64,000 bases of DNA, from positions 1,184,001-1,248,000 of the forward strand of contig JASGHJ010000002.1 of assembly GCA_047602405.1 (NCBI GenBank). The letters run 5' to 3'. Origin of the DNA: Anaeromyxobacteraceae bacterium. GTDB lineage: Bacteria > Myxococcota > Myxococcia > Myxococcales > Anaeromyxobacteraceae. This document shows positions 10,006 through 22,652 of this stretch, piece by piece (within the stretch, counting starts at the first letter, position 1; every line of letters begins with the position of its first letter). Position numbers and translations under genes: made by a program. Below the pieces are notes generated by a model. The model saw nothing but the letters and a program-made list of their open reading frames with translations. It was not told the origin of the DNA and searched no databases.

Positions 10006-12291
10006 GCGGCGGGGACCGTCACCCGCCCGAGCGCCTGGGCGACCTTCGCGAGCAGCTCCTCGCCGGTGAACGGCTTCGCGAGGATCGCCTCGCCCGGCGC
10101 GAACCCGAACGGCTCGCCCGAGCCCGGCAGGGCCGGGTAGCCCGACATGAACAGCACCGGCAGGCCGGGGTGCTCGGCGACGATCCGGTCGCGGAGCTCG
10201 CGCCCCCCGATGCCGGGCATCACCACGTCGGTCAGCAACAGATCGATCCCCTCGTGCCGCCGCGCGAGCGCGAGCGCGCCGGGGCCGTTCTCGGCCTCGA
10301 CGACCGCGTAGCCCGCCGACGAGAGCACCCGGTTCGCGAGCTGCCGCACGAGCGGCTCGTCCTCGACGAGGAGGATGGTGCCGGCCCCGGGGGCGCGCGC
10401 GGGGGCCGCCCCGCCGGGCGCGGCCGCGGCCGCGGGGGCCTCGGGCTCCTCGGCCGCGCCGGGGAGGGTGATGCGGAAGGTGGTGCCGCGGCCCGGCGCG
10501 CTCTCGAGCTCGAATCTCGCCGCCGTGCTGCTTCACGATGCCGTGGCAGGTCGAGAGGCCCAGCCCGGTGCCCTTGCCGATCGGCTTCGTGGTGAAGAAG
10601 GGCTCGAACGCCCGCGCCTGCTGCGCCGCGGTCATCCCCACGCCCGAGTCGTGCACCGACAGCACCGCGGCGCCGTCGGGGCGCGCGGCCGTCGAGAGCT
10701 CGATCACGCCGCCGCCGGGCATGGCGTCCCGGGCGTTCACGGCGAGGTTCATCAGCACCTGCTGGAGCTGCCCCGCGTCCCCGCGCACCCGCAGGAGCCC
10801 GGGCGAGGTGGACACCCGCACCTTCACGTCCTCGCCGATGAGGCGGGGGAGGAGGTCGTGGAAGCCGCGCACGACCGCGTTGAGGTCGATCACCTTCAGC
10901 TCGAGGCGCTGGCGGCGGCTGAAGGCGAGCACCTGCGCGGTGAGGGCGCGGGCGCGCTCGGCGGCGTGGGTGATCGTCTCGAGGTCCTCGTGCGCAGGAT
11001 GGGCCTGGGGGAGGCCGTCCTTCACGAGGCGCGCGCAGACGAGGATCGGGGTGAGGAGGTTGTTGAGGTCGTGGGCGATCCCGCCCGCGAGGCGGCCGAC
11101 GGCCTCGAGCCGCTGGGTCTCCTCGAGCCTGAGGCGCAGCCGCTCGCGCTCCTCAATCTCCCGGCGGAGCGCGCGGCGCGCGAGCACGAGCCGCCGGTTC
11201 ACCGCGAGCAGCACGGCCGCGAAGGCGAGGAGGGCCAGGAACGCCACCGCGGCGGCGGCGACCTCCGTCCGGTGCGCGCTCCAGAGGGTCTCCGGCGCGT
11301 TCACGAGCCCGGTCCCGGCCGGGATCGCGGTGACGTCGAGGCCCGCGCGCGCGGCCGCCGCCACGTCGACGGCCCGGCGGACGCCGGAGCTGCCCTCGAT
11401 GCGAGCCGGGCCGCCGTCGAGCAGCGCGAGGGCGAGCTCGGCGGCCCGCCGGCCCTGCAGCGCGCCGGAGAGCAGGCTGCCGCCGACGATCCCGTGGCCG
11501 AGCTGGAACTCCCACAGGCCGTAGACCGGGGCGCGGCTCACCGCCGAGACGCGCGCGGCCACCTCCTCGTAGGCGTGGACCGCCCCGAGCCGATCGGTCA
11601 CGAAGGACGCGAGGAGGAGCGCGTCGCCCGGCCCGAGGCGGCGGGCGAGGGCCTCGACCTCCGCCATCGAGAGCCCCTGCGCGAACTCCACGGCGAGCCC
11701 CGAGCCGGCGAGGGCGGGGTCGCCCCGCAGCCGCGGACCGATGGCCTGGCTCGTCTCGGTCTGGTCGAGCACCACCACGAGCCGGCGCAGGTCCGGCTGC
11801 AGCGCCCGCGCCAGCGAGAGCGTCCCGGCGACGTCCACGTCCTCGAGCACGCCGGAGACCCGCGCCGCGCCGCTCGCGTGGTCCGCGCCGTTCACGCCGC
11901 AGAACGCGACGGCGACGGCCTCGCCGCCGAGCTCGGCCCGGTGGGTGAGCACGAAGTCGAGGGCGGCGTCGTCGGTCGCGACGATCGCGGCCCAAGGCTC
12001 CGGCGGCCGGTGGGCGGCGAGCAGGCCGAGCACGGCGCGCTCGTGGGCCGGCCCGCGGAAGTGCTTCGAGTCGAGGTAGAAGACCGACGGGACGTACCCG
12101 GGCCAGCGGGCGCGGAGGACCTCGAAGATGCCGTCGTTCTCCTGGTCGGTCCAGGTGAGGCCGCGGTGGTACGAGTGCAGCACGAGGAGCTGCGGCGGCG
12201 CGTCGGCGGCGGGAGGGCCGGACGCCGGCGCGGCGCCGGCGTGTGCGGCGATCGCGAGCGCGAGCAGTCGGGCGGTGGCGCGGACGGTCAC
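10002..12291 (-). CDS. Hybrid sensor histidine kinase (periplasmic ABC-substrate-binding-like sensor, HisKA, HATPase, REC) with an apparent 1-nt insertion at about 10512-10516
   Basis: GRLAGGIAHDLNNLL, QVLMNLAVNARDAM, FEPFFTTK..GKGTGLGL. Removing one base at GAATC (10512-10516) gives GEIELESAPGRGTTFRITLP and fuses to the REC ORF 10002-10349 (LLLTDVVMPG). Confidence 0.88.
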
Positions 12292-12436
12292 GCGGGGTCG
12301 GCCTCGTTCGGGCCGACTCTACCAGAGGGCGCGCCGGCGCCGGCGCGAAGCGATGTCGCGCGGGGCGGGTCGTCAGCGCGCTGACGCACCCCCCGGTGAG
12401 CGCGGCCGGCGGGCGGATCGCGAGCGGATCGGCGGC

Positions 12437-13720
12437 TCAGTTGAGCGCGACGGACTCGCCGCGCAGGCGCGCCTGGAGGGGCGCGATCTTCGCCCTGTAG
12501 TCCTCGAGCTGCGCGGCGGGGATCGGCGCCTCGCGCGGCAGCTGGAGCGTCAGCGGGTTCACCGCGTGTCCGCCCTTCTTCACCATGTAGTGGAGGTGCG
12601 GCCCGGTCGCGAGGCCGGTCTGGCCGGTGTAGCCGATGATCTGCTTCTGGGCGACGCCCTTGCCGGCGGAGACGGCGACGCTCGACAGGTGGCAGTAGAC
12701 GGTCTCGAAGCCGTTCCGGTGACGGAGCGTGACCGCCTTCCCGCAGCCGCCGTTCCAGCCGGCCTGCTCGACGCGGCCGTCGCCCACCGCCCACACCGGC
12801 GTGCCGACCGGCGCGCCGTAGTCGACGCCCTCGTGCATGCGCGTGTAGCCGAGCACCGGGTGCTTGCGGCTGCCGAAGCGGGAGGTGAGGTGCGCGTACT
12901 TGAGCGGCGACTTCAGGAACCCGCGCTGCGCGCTCTGGCCCGCGTCGTCGTAGTAGCCGGGCTTGCCCTCGGCGTCGACGTAGCGGAACAGCCGCCGCGT
13001 GCCGGTGGTCTCCCCGACGTACTCCGCGGCGAGCACGTCGCCGTAGCGCAGCGGCTGCCCGTCGGCGAGCACGCGCTCGACCACCACCCGGAGCACGTCG
13101 CCCTGCTGGACGTCCCGGTAGAAGTCGACGTCCCACGCGAGGACGTCGGAGGCGAGCACCGCGAGGGCCGGGTCCTCGCCCGCGGCGGCCATCGACTCGT
13201 AGAGCGACGAGGCGACCTTCACCTCCACCCGGCGGACCTCGGTCGTCACCTCGACCGGTCGCTTCGAGGCCTCGAGTGCGCCCGCGGCGGTGCGCTGCAC
13301 CGTCCACTCGTCGGCGCGCCCCTGCCGGTAGGTGAAGCGGTGGAGCGAGCCGTCCTCCGCCCGCTCGACGCGGAGCTGGTCGCCCGCCCGGGCCTTGCGG
13401 AACGGCACGTGCGGCTCGAGCGCCTTCAACGCCGCCGTCGCGTCCGCCGCGGCGAGCTCCATCTTGAAGAGCGCCTGGCCAATCGTCTGGTTGTGGGCGA
13501 GCCGGAGGGTGAGCTCCTTGAACCTCGCGGGCGGCGCGATCAGCGCCGCCTGGACCGGCGCGGGCGCGGCCGCCGGCGCCGTGGCCGGGGGCGGCGGGGG
13601 CGCGGACAGCACGATCCCGCGCAGGTAAGCGAAGGAGCCGGCCCCGGCGAGGGCGACGGCGAGGCCAGCGAGCAGCGCGGCCTTCGAGCGGCGCCTGGGG
13701 AGGGGTTCGGTAGAGCTCAC
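12437..13720 (-). CDS. M23 family peptidoglycan DD-metalloendopeptidase (MepM/Csd3-like)
   Basis: N-terminal TM; HEGVDYGAPVGTPV, YCHLS, TGPHLHY. Start probably GTG 13720 (alternative ATG 13732). Confidence 0.9.
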   Translation of the reverse strand: MSSTEPLPRRRSKAALLAGLAVALAGAGSFAYLRGIVLSAPPPPPATAPAAAPAPVQAALIAPPARFKELTLRLAHNQTIGQALFKMELAAADATAALKALEPHVPFRKARAGDQLRVERAEDGSLHRFTYRQGRADEWTVQRTAAGALEASKRPVEVTTEVRRVEVKVASSLYESMAAAGEDPALAVLASDVLAWDVDFYRDVQQGDVLRVVVERVLADGQPLRYGDVLAAEYVGETTGTRRLFRYVDAEGKPGYYDDAGQSAQRGFLKSPLKYAHLTSRFGSRKHPVLGYTRMHEGVDYGAPVGTPVWAVGDGRVEQAGWNGGCGKAVTLRHRNGFETVYCHLSSVAVSAGKGVAQKQIIGYTGQTGLATGPHLHYMVKKGGHAVNPLTLQLPREAPIPAAQLEDYRAKIAPLQARLRGESVALN

Positions 13721-13879
13721 GCGTCGCACCATAGCAGGGGAGGGCGCTTTAACCCACTCCCCGGCCGTAAAGGCGACCCATGCTTCGAGCGCTCGGCCGA
13801 GGTCGGGCCGCGGAACACCCAACGTTGGTTCATCACCAGCACCCAGCAGCGTCGGCCGACCTTGGTCCGCCGCGTCCGA

Positions 13880-14127
13880 GGGCGAAACGCGTCTCCGCAG
13901 CGCCGGCCGGCGGAGGTCGGGCTCTCCACGTCTCCAGTGCCCTAGCGATTGCAGGCCAAGGGATGTGTGCGTGTGACGGCATGGCGCGCGCAGCGCGCTG
14001 TGCCGTCACGCGCAACTCAACCGCAGGCCTGCCGCGGCCTGATCATCGCAGCAGCAACGATTCCGGGCTTCGGCAGACATACACGGACCGACGCAGCCGG
14101 CCGGCGTCGCGGAGGCGCGTTTCGCCC
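13880..14127. repeat. About 248-bp element with 32-bp terminal inverted repeats and a central 22-bp hairpin (MITE/REPIN-like or structured ncRNA)
   Basis: 13880-13911 matches the reverse complement of 14096-14127 at 29/32. Hairpin 13968-13989/13993-14014 is fully paired on the + strand with 3 G-U pairs. Confidence 0.75.
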
Positions 14128-14161
14128 CCACGGAACCCGCCCGCCGACGTCTCGGGGAGAC

Positions 14162-15661
14162 CTACAGCTCCACCCGCCGGTCCGAGTGCTCGCGCCCGTC
14201 GAAGCGGAACATCACGCCCCGCCCTTCGACCTTGGACACGAGGTTCACCGGCCGGCGCCAGAGCGACTGCACGTTCTTGAGCGTGTCCCGCATGTAGTCG
14301 AGCTTGAGGTCGACGCCGTCGTGACGGTGCACGAGGAGGAGCTCGCCGCGGTTGTCGTGGTTCCCGTCCTCGACCGAGATGCTGGGCTGGCCGAAGTTGG
14401 TGAGCATGTGGAGGAGCTTCTCCTTCACCTTGCGGAAGTCGCGCTCCATGATCTCCCAGCGCTGGTGCTTGTCGCTGTACCCGAAGGTGAAGAGCTTCTG
14501 CTCCACACAGAACTCGAGGTTCAGGAACTCGTCGATGAAGGTGACGTCGTTGTAGTGCTTGCGGACCTCGAAGATCTTCTCGCGCCCGAGCCCGAGCCGC
14601 TTGTCCCAGTGCTTGCGCTCCACGTAGGAGTCGCACTCGTCGTACTCCTTGCCGAAGCGCCCCTTGTTCCAGCGGTCCTCGATGTCGCGCCAGAGCTCGA
14701 CGCCGAGCTTGTAGGGGTTGAGCTGCCCGGGCTGGGTGGCGAGCGTGCCGGAGTGGTGGTCGGCGTAGTCGATGATCTCGGAGGCGTCGAGCGCCTTCTG
14801 CGTCATGATCGTGGAGTGCCAGTAGGTGGCCCACCCCTCGTTCATGATCTTGGTCTGGCCCTGGGGCGCGAAGTAGTAGGCCTCCTCGCGGATGATCGAG
14901 AGCACGTCGTGCTCCCAGCGCTCGAGCGGCGCGTGCTCGAGGAGGAACAGCAGCACGTCGCGCTCCGGCCGCTCCGGGAACTTCTTCTTGCGGGTGGCCT
15001 CGTCGTCGAGCTTCTTCTGCTCGGCGGCCAGGAACGCGGGCGGGTTGATGTACTCCCGCATGTACTCGCGGTCGGCCTTGAGCCCCTGGGCCACCTTCCG
15101 CTCGGCCTCGGCCCCCTCCGGCTCCTCGCGGTCGGGGCGCCGCTTCACGTAGGGTGACTGGTAGTCGATGAGGTTCTCGAGCGAGAGGCAGCGGTCGACG
15201 AAGTCCTCGACCGGCTCCACCCCGAGCTTGTCCTGGTAGCGGCGCACGCGCGTGGCGTGGTTCGCCATCTCGTCCATCATCTTCCGGTGGGTGTGCCGGA
15301 ACATGAAGTTGTTCTTGAAGAAGTCGACGTGGCCGAAGACGTGGGCCATCACGAGCTTCTGGTCGACGTCGGCGTTCGACTCGAGGAGGTAGGCGTACGA
15401 GGGGTCGTTGTTGATCACCATCTCGTAGATCTTCGAGAGGCCGTACTCGTAGCCCTTCGAGAGCCGCTCGTACTCCATCCCGAAGCGCCAGTGCGGGTAG
15501 CGGTTCGGGAAGCCGCCGTACGCGGCCACCATGTTGATCTCGTCGAAGGAGAGCACCTCGAAGACCGTGTCGAAGAAGTCGAGGCCGTAGCCGCGGGCGT
15601 AGCCCTCGATCTTCTTGCGGAGGTCGTGCAGGTGCGCCGGGATGTGGGCCTTGCGGTCCAT
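14162..15661 (-). CDS. spoVR: SpoVR/YcgB family protein
   Basis: [53 protein letters not shown]. True start is MDRKAH at 15661. Confidence 0.95.
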   Translation of the reverse strand: MDRKAHIPAHLHDLRKKIEGYARGYGLDFFDTVFEVLSFDEINMVAAYGGFPNRYPHWRFGMEYERLSKGYEYGLSKIYEMVINNDPSYAYLLESNADVDQKLVMAHVFGHVDFFKNNFMFRHTHRKMMDEMANHATRVRRYQDKLGVEPVEDFVDRCLSLENLIDYQSPYVKRRPDREEPEGAEAERKVAQGLKADREYMREYINPPAFLAAEQKKLDDEATRKKKFPERPERDVLLFLLEHAPLERWEHDVLSIIREEAYYFAPQGQTKIMNEGWATYWHSTIMTQKALDASEIIDYADHHSGTLATQPGQLNPYKLGVELWRDIEDRWNKGRFGKEYDECDSYVERKHWDKRLGLGREKIFEVRKHYNDVTFIDEFLNLEFCVEQKLFTFGYSDKHQRWEIMERDFRKVKEKLLHMLTNFGQPSISVEDGNHDNRGELLLVHRHDGVDLKLDYMRDTLKNVQSLWRRPVNLVSKVEGRGVMFRFDGREHSDRRVEL

Positions 15662-15666
15662 GCGCG

Positions 15667-16773
15667 CTACTTCCCCGTCCCGAGGAACGTCTTGATGGAG
15701 GCGTAGATCGCGTCCTTGTCGGCGATCTCCGAGAGCGCCACGTTCTCCTTCGCGCCGAGGGCCTCCTTGAGGTCCTTGATGAACTGGCCCGAGCCGTACG
15801 GGCTCTCCACCTGGCCGTAGGAGAAGAGGTTCACCGCCGGCAGGATCCTGTCGCGGAGGAGCTCGACGCAGACCCGGGTGTCGTCGGCGCTCCAGTTGTC
15901 GCCGTCGGAGAAGTGGAACGGGTACACGTTCCAGCTCGTGGGCGCGTAGTCGGTCTCGATCATGTCGAGCGCGAGCTTGTAGGCGGAGCTGATCATCGTG
16001 CCGCCGGACTCGCGGGTGTGGAAGAACGTGTCGCGGTCGACCTCGCGCGCGACGGCGTCGTGGATGATGTAGCGGGTCTCGAGCCCCTTGTAGTGGCGGC
16101 GCAGCCAGGTGTCGATCCAGAAGGACTCGATCCGGACGATCTCCTTCTGCTCGTCGCCCATCGAGCCGGACACGTCCATCATGTAGATGACGACCGCGTT
16201 GGTCTCCGGGAGCGGGACCTGCTTCCAGGTGCGGTAGCGGCGGTCCTCGCGCATCGGCACGATGACCGGCACCTTCCAGTTGTAGCTGCCGCTCGCGATC
16301 TGGCGGCGCAGGGCCTGCTTGTAGGTGCGCTTGAAGTGGCGGAGCGACTCGGGCCCCTGCGGCGCGATGCCGGTGTAGCGGACGCGGCTCGCGACGATGC
16401 GGTCCTTGCCGCGCGGCTGGATCCGGGGGAGGGCGAGCTCCTCGCCGAGGATGTCGGCGAGCTCGTCGAGGGAGACGTCCACCTCGAGCAGGTGCTGGCC
16501 CTCGCCCTGGCCGGCCTGCCCGCTGCCGGGCTCGCCGTCGCCGGGCGAGAGCGGATCGCCGGGATCCCCCTCGCCCTGGCCCACGCCGCCCTGCGACTTC
16601 TCGCCGAACCGGAAGTGCGGGATGTCGATGGTCGGGACGGGGATGGTGACGAAGTCCTTCCCCTTCTTCCCGATCAGCTCCCCCTTCTGCACGTACTTCT
16701 TGAGGTTGCTCTTGATCCGGCCGCGGACGATGTCGCGGAAGCGGGCGTGGTCCTGTTTGATCTTGAGGGACAT
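15667..16773 (-). CDS. yeaH: YeaH/YhbH (DUF444) VWA-like protein
   Basis: [30 protein letters not shown]; located between prkA and spoVR. Confidence 0.93.
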   Translation of the reverse strand: MSLKIKQDHARFRDIVRGRIKSNLKKYVQKGELIGKKGKDFVTIPVPTIDIPHFRFGEKSQGGVGQGEGDPGDPLSPGDGEPGSGQAGQGEGQHLLEVDVSLDELADILGEELALPRIQPRGKDRIVASRVRYTGIAPQGPESLRHFKRTYKQALRRQIASGSYNWKVPVIVPMREDRRYRTWKQVPLPETNAVVIYMMDVSGSMGDEQKEIVRIESFWIDTWLRRHYKGLETRYIIHDAVAREVDRDTFFHTRESGGTMISSAYKLALDMIETDYAPTSWNVYPFHFSDGDNWSADDTRVCVELLRDRILPAVNLFSYGQVESPYGSGQFIKDLKEALGAKENVALSEIADKDAIYASIKTFLGTGK

Positions 16774-16776
16774 TCC

Positions 16777-18846
<2,070 letters not shown>

Positions 18847-19042
18847 CTCATGTCCCTCGGGGCGCGCCAGGCGGCAGGCGCATGGAGGAGCATAAGGTTC
18901 TCCCCGCGGCGGCGCAGAGCGCCAGCGTCCCGCCGGGGTCCCCGAAGGGTGGCTCGAAAACACCACACCTCGCGGCGCGGCGCTCGCTGCCGCCCGGCGC
19001 GGGTGCCCGGACTCCTGGCATCCGGGCCGGTCGAACGGGCCG

Positions 19043-20095
19043 TCAGCGGGTCGGCTTCGCGCGCCTGAAGAACTCGACCTGCCAGGTCCGCACCGCCGCG
19101 GCGTGGCACGCGAGGTCGGGGCAGAACACGTGCGAGCCGTCGTTCCGGGAGACGAAGTACAGGTCCTTGCACGCGATCGGCGCGAGCGCGGCCGTGAGCG
19201 CCGCGGCGCCGGGGCTCGCGATCGGCCCGGGGGGCAACCCCGCGGTCGTGTAGGTGTTGTACGGGTGGGCCGCTGCGAGGTCGGCCTTCGTGATGTTCCT
19301 CGACCAGCGGCCCGTGCGGAGCATCGCCGCGTACATCACCGTGGGGTCGGTCTGCAGCCGCATCCCGAGCCGCAGCCGGTTGTGGAACACGCACGAGATC
19401 CGCGGCCGCTCGTCGGGGCGCCCCGTCTCCTTCTCCACGATGGAGGCGAGCGTCACCGCCTGCCCGAGGTCGAGCTTCACGCCGGGGGCGCGCCCCGCGT
19501 TCGCCTTCTCCCACTCGGCCTTGAAGCGCTCGACCATGCCCTCGGCGATGCCGCGCGCCGACACGCCGCGCGCGAAGGAGTAGGTGTCGGGGAAGAGGAA
19601 GCCCTCGAGCGTGGGGTAGGGGAGGCCGAGCGACCGGGCGAGCGCCGGGTCGCGCGCCGCCGCCAGGAAGTCCCCGGCGGAGGCGAGCCCGCTCCGCTCG
19701 ACGATGGGCGCGATCTCGTCCGCGCGGAGCCCTTCCGGCACGGTGAAGTGGTGGAGCTTCACCTCGCCGCGGTAGAGCCGCTCGAAGACGTCGTCGGGGC
19801 GCAGCGGGCCCGAGAAGGCGTACTCGCCCGCGCGGAAGCCGCGCGGGTCGCGCTTCACGAAGCGCAGGTAGCGCCAGGCGGTCTCCTCGTCGACGAGGAC
19901 GCCGCCCTGGGCGAGGAGGCGCACGGTCGCGCGGCCGCTCGCGCCGGGAGGCACGACCACGACCTTCTCGTCGGGCCCGCCGTACGGCGTCTCGCGGAAC
20001 GCCTCGAGCGTGCGCCACGCGAGGAACGCCGCGGCGCCCGCCGCGAGCGCGGCGAGGAGGGCGAGCACGAACACGATCTTCAGGAAGCGCTTCAA
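19043..20095 (-). CDS. mltG: Endolytic transglycosylase MltG
   Basis: [42 protein letters not shown]. Confidence 0.95.
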   Translation of the reverse strand: MKRFLKIVFVLALLAALAAGAAAFLAWRTLEAFRETPYGGPDEKVVVVPPGASGRATVRLLAQGGVLVDEETAWRYLRFVKRDPRGFRAGEYAFSGPLRPDDVFERLYRGEVKLHHFTVPEGLRADEIAPIVERSGLASAGDFLAAARDPALARSLGLPYPTLEGFLFPDTYSFARGVSARGIAEGMVERFKAEWEKANAGRAPGVKLDLGQAVTLASIVEKETGRPDERPRISCVFHNRLRLGMRLQTDPTVMYAAMLRTGRWSRNITKADLAAAHPYNTYTTAGLPPGPIASPGAAALTAALAPIACKDLYFVSRNDGSHVFCPDLACHAAAVRTWQVEFFRRAKPTR

Positions 20096-20535
20096 GGGTC
20101 CTGGCCTCCGTCGCCGGGTTCGCCGGGGCGCGGGCCGGCGTCGAGCCAGCCCTGCAGGATCACCGCCGCGGCCTCGGCGTCCACCCTCTCACGGATCGTG
20201 CGCCCGGGCACGCCCTGCCCGCGCAGGCGCTGCTCGGCCTCGAACGTCGAGAGCCGCTCGTCGAAGAGCACGGCCGCGAGCCCCGCCGCCTCGAGGCGCG
20301 CGGCGAAGGCGCGGGCGTGGCGCGCCGCGGGCCCCTCGGTGCCGTCCATGTTGAGCGGCAGGCCGACGACCGCGCGGGTCACCTCCCATTCGCGCGCGAG
20401 CGCGACGATGCGGGCGACGTCGGCCTCGGCGGAGACGTGGCGCACGGTCTCGAGGGGGCGCGCGGTGCGCAGGACCTCGTCCGCGAGGGCGAGGCCGATG
20501 CGGGCCTTGCCGAGGTCGACACCGAGGGTGCGCAT
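20092..20535 (-). CDS. ruvX: Holliday junction resolvase-like / pre-16S rRNA nuclease RuvX (YqgF)
   Basis: LGVDLGKARIGLA, VVGLPLNMDG, DERLST, VDAEAAAVILQGWLD; overlaps the mltG start. Confidence 0.95.
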   Translation of the reverse strand: MRTLGVDLGKARIGLALADEVLRTARPLETVRHVSAEADVARIVALAREWEVTRAVVGLPLNMDGTEGPAARHARAFAARLEAAGLAAVLFDERLSTFEAEQRLRGQGVPGRTIRERVDAEAAAVILQGWLDAGPRPGEPGDGGQDP

Positions 20536-20664
20536 CGGGGTCGGAATCTAGGCCGCGCCCGGCGGGCGGTCAAACCGGCCGCGCGGCGGACCGTCGGCCG
20601 AGGCGCGGACCTGCGGCCACGCGGGGGCCGCGCGCAAGCGGCCGGGATCACGGGAGGTGCTCGC

Positions 20665-20680
20665 TGGCACGGCGCTCGAA
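20665..20680 (+). promoter_or_regulatory. Possible sigma-54-type promoter (-24 matches, -12 degenerate)
   Basis: TGGCACGGCGCTCGAA versus consensus TGGCACGNNNNTTGCW, 55 nt upstream of ATG 20736. Confidence 0.3.
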
Positions 20681-20735
20681 TTGTGGGCGAGCACGGGCCC
20701 GCGGGCCCGCGACCTCGAGAAAGGACCCCGGCCCC

Positions 20736-21701
20736 ATGAGCACGTCGATCCCCCTCTCCCTCGTCACCCAGACCGCCTCGCCGCCCGGCGCGCTCGCCGC
20801 GGCGGAGACCTGCGGCGGAGTCTCCGCCCACGCCGCCCGGAAGCGGCCGCCGAGGCCGGCGCCGTCGGGTCCCGGGGCGGCGCTCGACGCCTTCGTGAAG
20901 GCGGTCGCGCCGGACCTGTACGCGGCCGGAGGGAGCTTCGTGGCGTCGCAGGCGCGGGCGGCGCTCGGGCCCACCGGGCTCGGCGCCGGGGCCCCGGCGG
21001 TGGCCACCTCGACCACGACGTCCACGACGAGCACGCGCAAGACCACCGCCAGCGGCGCAGCGCTGCCGAGGGAGCTCGCGTTCCTGAACGACCCGAAGCT
21101 CTCGATCCAGGACAAGGTCTTCCGGCTCCTGCTCTGGATCCAGCAGAAGTACGATCGCGACGTCGAGGCGAAGATGAAGGAGCTCGGCGGCGCGTCGAAG
21201 TCGAGCGCCTCGTCCTCCTCGGGCGGCACGAGGCCGGCCGCGAAGCCAAAGAAGAAGGGCCTCCTCTCGAAGGTGACCCGGTTCGCCGAGGCCGCGTTCC
21301 CGATGGTCGGGCTCTCGATGGAGATGCTGCGCAGCCCCCAGGGGCGCAAGGCGCTCGAGCAGATCTCCGGGCCGCTCCTCGGCGCGGCCGCGGTCGCGCT
21401 CGGCGCGCCCCAGCTCGCGCCGGTGGCGGCGAAGCTCGGGCCCTCGCTCGTGGCCGGCCTCGCCGACGCCCAGGACGCGCTGCTCGGGGAGGCGCCGGTG
21501 AAGCGCAGGGCGAGCTCCGGCGGCTCCGGGAGCTCGGGCGGCTCGAGCACGTCGGCGACGACGGGCTCGAAGGACGAGAAGACGCTCGCGATGGAGCTCG
21601 AGTACCTGCTCGAGCGGCAGAAGTTCGCGACCTCGCTCCTCTCGAACTGCATGCGGTCGATGCACGAGACCTCGATGTCGGTGGTCAACAACATCCGCTG
21701 A
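20736..21701 (+). CDS. Hypothetical protein, Ser/Thr/Gly-rich, with a C-terminal helix resembling T3SS needle/translocator-type substrates
   Basis: AAAGGA upstream; typical GC3 codon usage; C-terminus LLERQKFATSLLSNCMRSMHETSMSVVNNIR. Confidence 0.7.
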   Translation: MSTSIPLSLVTQTASPPGALAAAETCGGVSAHAARKRPPRPAPSGPGAALDAFVKAVAPDLYAAGGSFVASQARAALGPTGLGAGAPAVATSTTTSTTSTRKTTASGAALPRELAFLNDPKLSIQDKVFRLLLWIQQKYDRDVEAKMKELGGASKSSASSSSGGTRPAAKPKKKGLLSKVTRFAEAAFPMVGLSMEMLRSPQGRKALEQISGPLLGAAAVALGAPQLAPVAAKLGPSLVAGLADAQDALLGEAPVKRRASSGGSGSSGGSSTSATTGSKDEKTLAMELEYLLERQKFATSLLSNCMRSMHETSMSVVNNIR

Positions 21702-21709
21702 GGCGCGCC

Positions 21710-22153
21710 ATGGACCCGACGAAGCCGACGCGCCCCGAGGCCCTCGCCTACGACCCCACCGTCCACGGCCTGCCGCCCGAGGTGGGCGACGCCATCGCCG
21801 CCCTCGCCGAGGCGGAGCTCGCCGCCGGCCGCCTGGAGACCGCGCGGGCGCTCCTCGAGGGGCTCGTCGTGACGAGCCCGGAGGATCCCGGAGGCTGGGC
21901 GCTCCTCTCCCGCACGCACCGCCGCCTGGGGCAGCCCCTCGCCGCCCGGTTCTGCGCCGAGGTCGCCCTGAAGCTCGACCCGGCGTCCGGCGAGGCCGGG
22001 CTCGCCCGGGCCGAGAGCCTCCTCGCGCTCCCGGACGCGCGCGAGGAGGGGGCCCGCGCGCTCGAGGCGCTCCGGGCGCACCCGACCGCGGGTCCGCGGG
22101 CCTGCGCGCTCCTGGGCGCCCTGAGCGGGGCGGCCGGCGGGCTCGCCGGGTGA
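21710..22153 (+). CDS. Small TPR protein, SycD/LcrH-like chaperone candidate (147 aa)
   Basis: ATG 21710; AGRLETARALLEGLVVTSPEDPGGWALLSRTHRRLG...ALKLDP TPR pattern; 8 nt after the upstream stop. Confidence 0.65.
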   Translation: MDPTKPTRPEALAYDPTVHGLPPEVGDAIAALAEAELAAGRLETARALLEGLVVTSPEDPGGWALLSRTHRRLGQPLAARFCAEVALKLDPASGEAGLARAESLLALPDAREEGARALEALRAHPTAGPRACALLGALSGAAGGLAG

Positions 22154-22344
22154 GGTTTTCAGGCTTCTAGAATTGGCGTCTGAGCCGGAATCCCCAGCGA
22201 CAGACGGCGCTTGACGGTTTCAGCCTCGTTCGGGGATAGTTCGCGCCCAGGCCGCGTCCCAGAAGGCACGGCCGGGCGGACCGGCGGTCGGTGCGCCCTA
22301 CTGCATCACGCTCGACAGAGCTCGACAGCAAGGACTCGAAGCGT

Positions 22345-22545
22345 ATGGCGACCGGCACCGTGAAGTGGTTCAACGACGCGAAGGGCTACGGCTTCATCTC
22401 CCAGGAGGGTGGCGAGGACGTGTTCGTCCACCACACCGCCATCCAGATGGACGGCTTCCGCACGCTCAAGGAGGGCGAGCGGGTCGAGTTCGAGGTCACC
22501 CAGGGCCCGAAGGGGCTCCAGGCGGCCAACGTCCGCAAGCCGTAG
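22345..22545 (+). CDS. Cold-shock protein (CspA family)
   Basis: [18 protein letters not shown]...DVFVHHTAI...[10 protein letters not shown]. Confidence 0.97.
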   Translation: MATGTVKWFNDAKGYGFISQEGGEDVFVHHTAIQMDGFRTLKEGERVEFEVTQGPKGLQAANVRKP

Positions 22546-22563
22546 CGGCAGGCGTCGATGACG

Positions 22564-22594
22564 GCGGCCCCGGGAGACCGGGGCCGCTTCGTTT
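22564..22594 (+). terminator. Intrinsic terminator after the csp gene
   Basis: GCGGCCCCGG-GAGA-CCGGGGCCGC stem-loop followed by TTCGTTT. Confidence 0.75.
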
Positions 22595-22621
22595 CAGGAG
22601 CACGTTCGTTTCAGGAGCACG
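22588..22621. repeat. Perfect 17-bp tandem duplication
   Basis: TTCGTTTCAGGAGCACG at 22588-22604 and 22605-22621. Confidence 0.9.
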
Positions 22622-22652
22622 TGACGCGGTCCCACGAGAGAGGAGCGGCGGC

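Noticed and set aside
8536..12291. Pseudogene or programmed-frameshift calls for the kinase, ALDH, ADH and cyclase
   Set aside because: There are no slippery sequences or other signs of decay, and all breaks are single-base insertions in GATC, best explained as sequencing errors.
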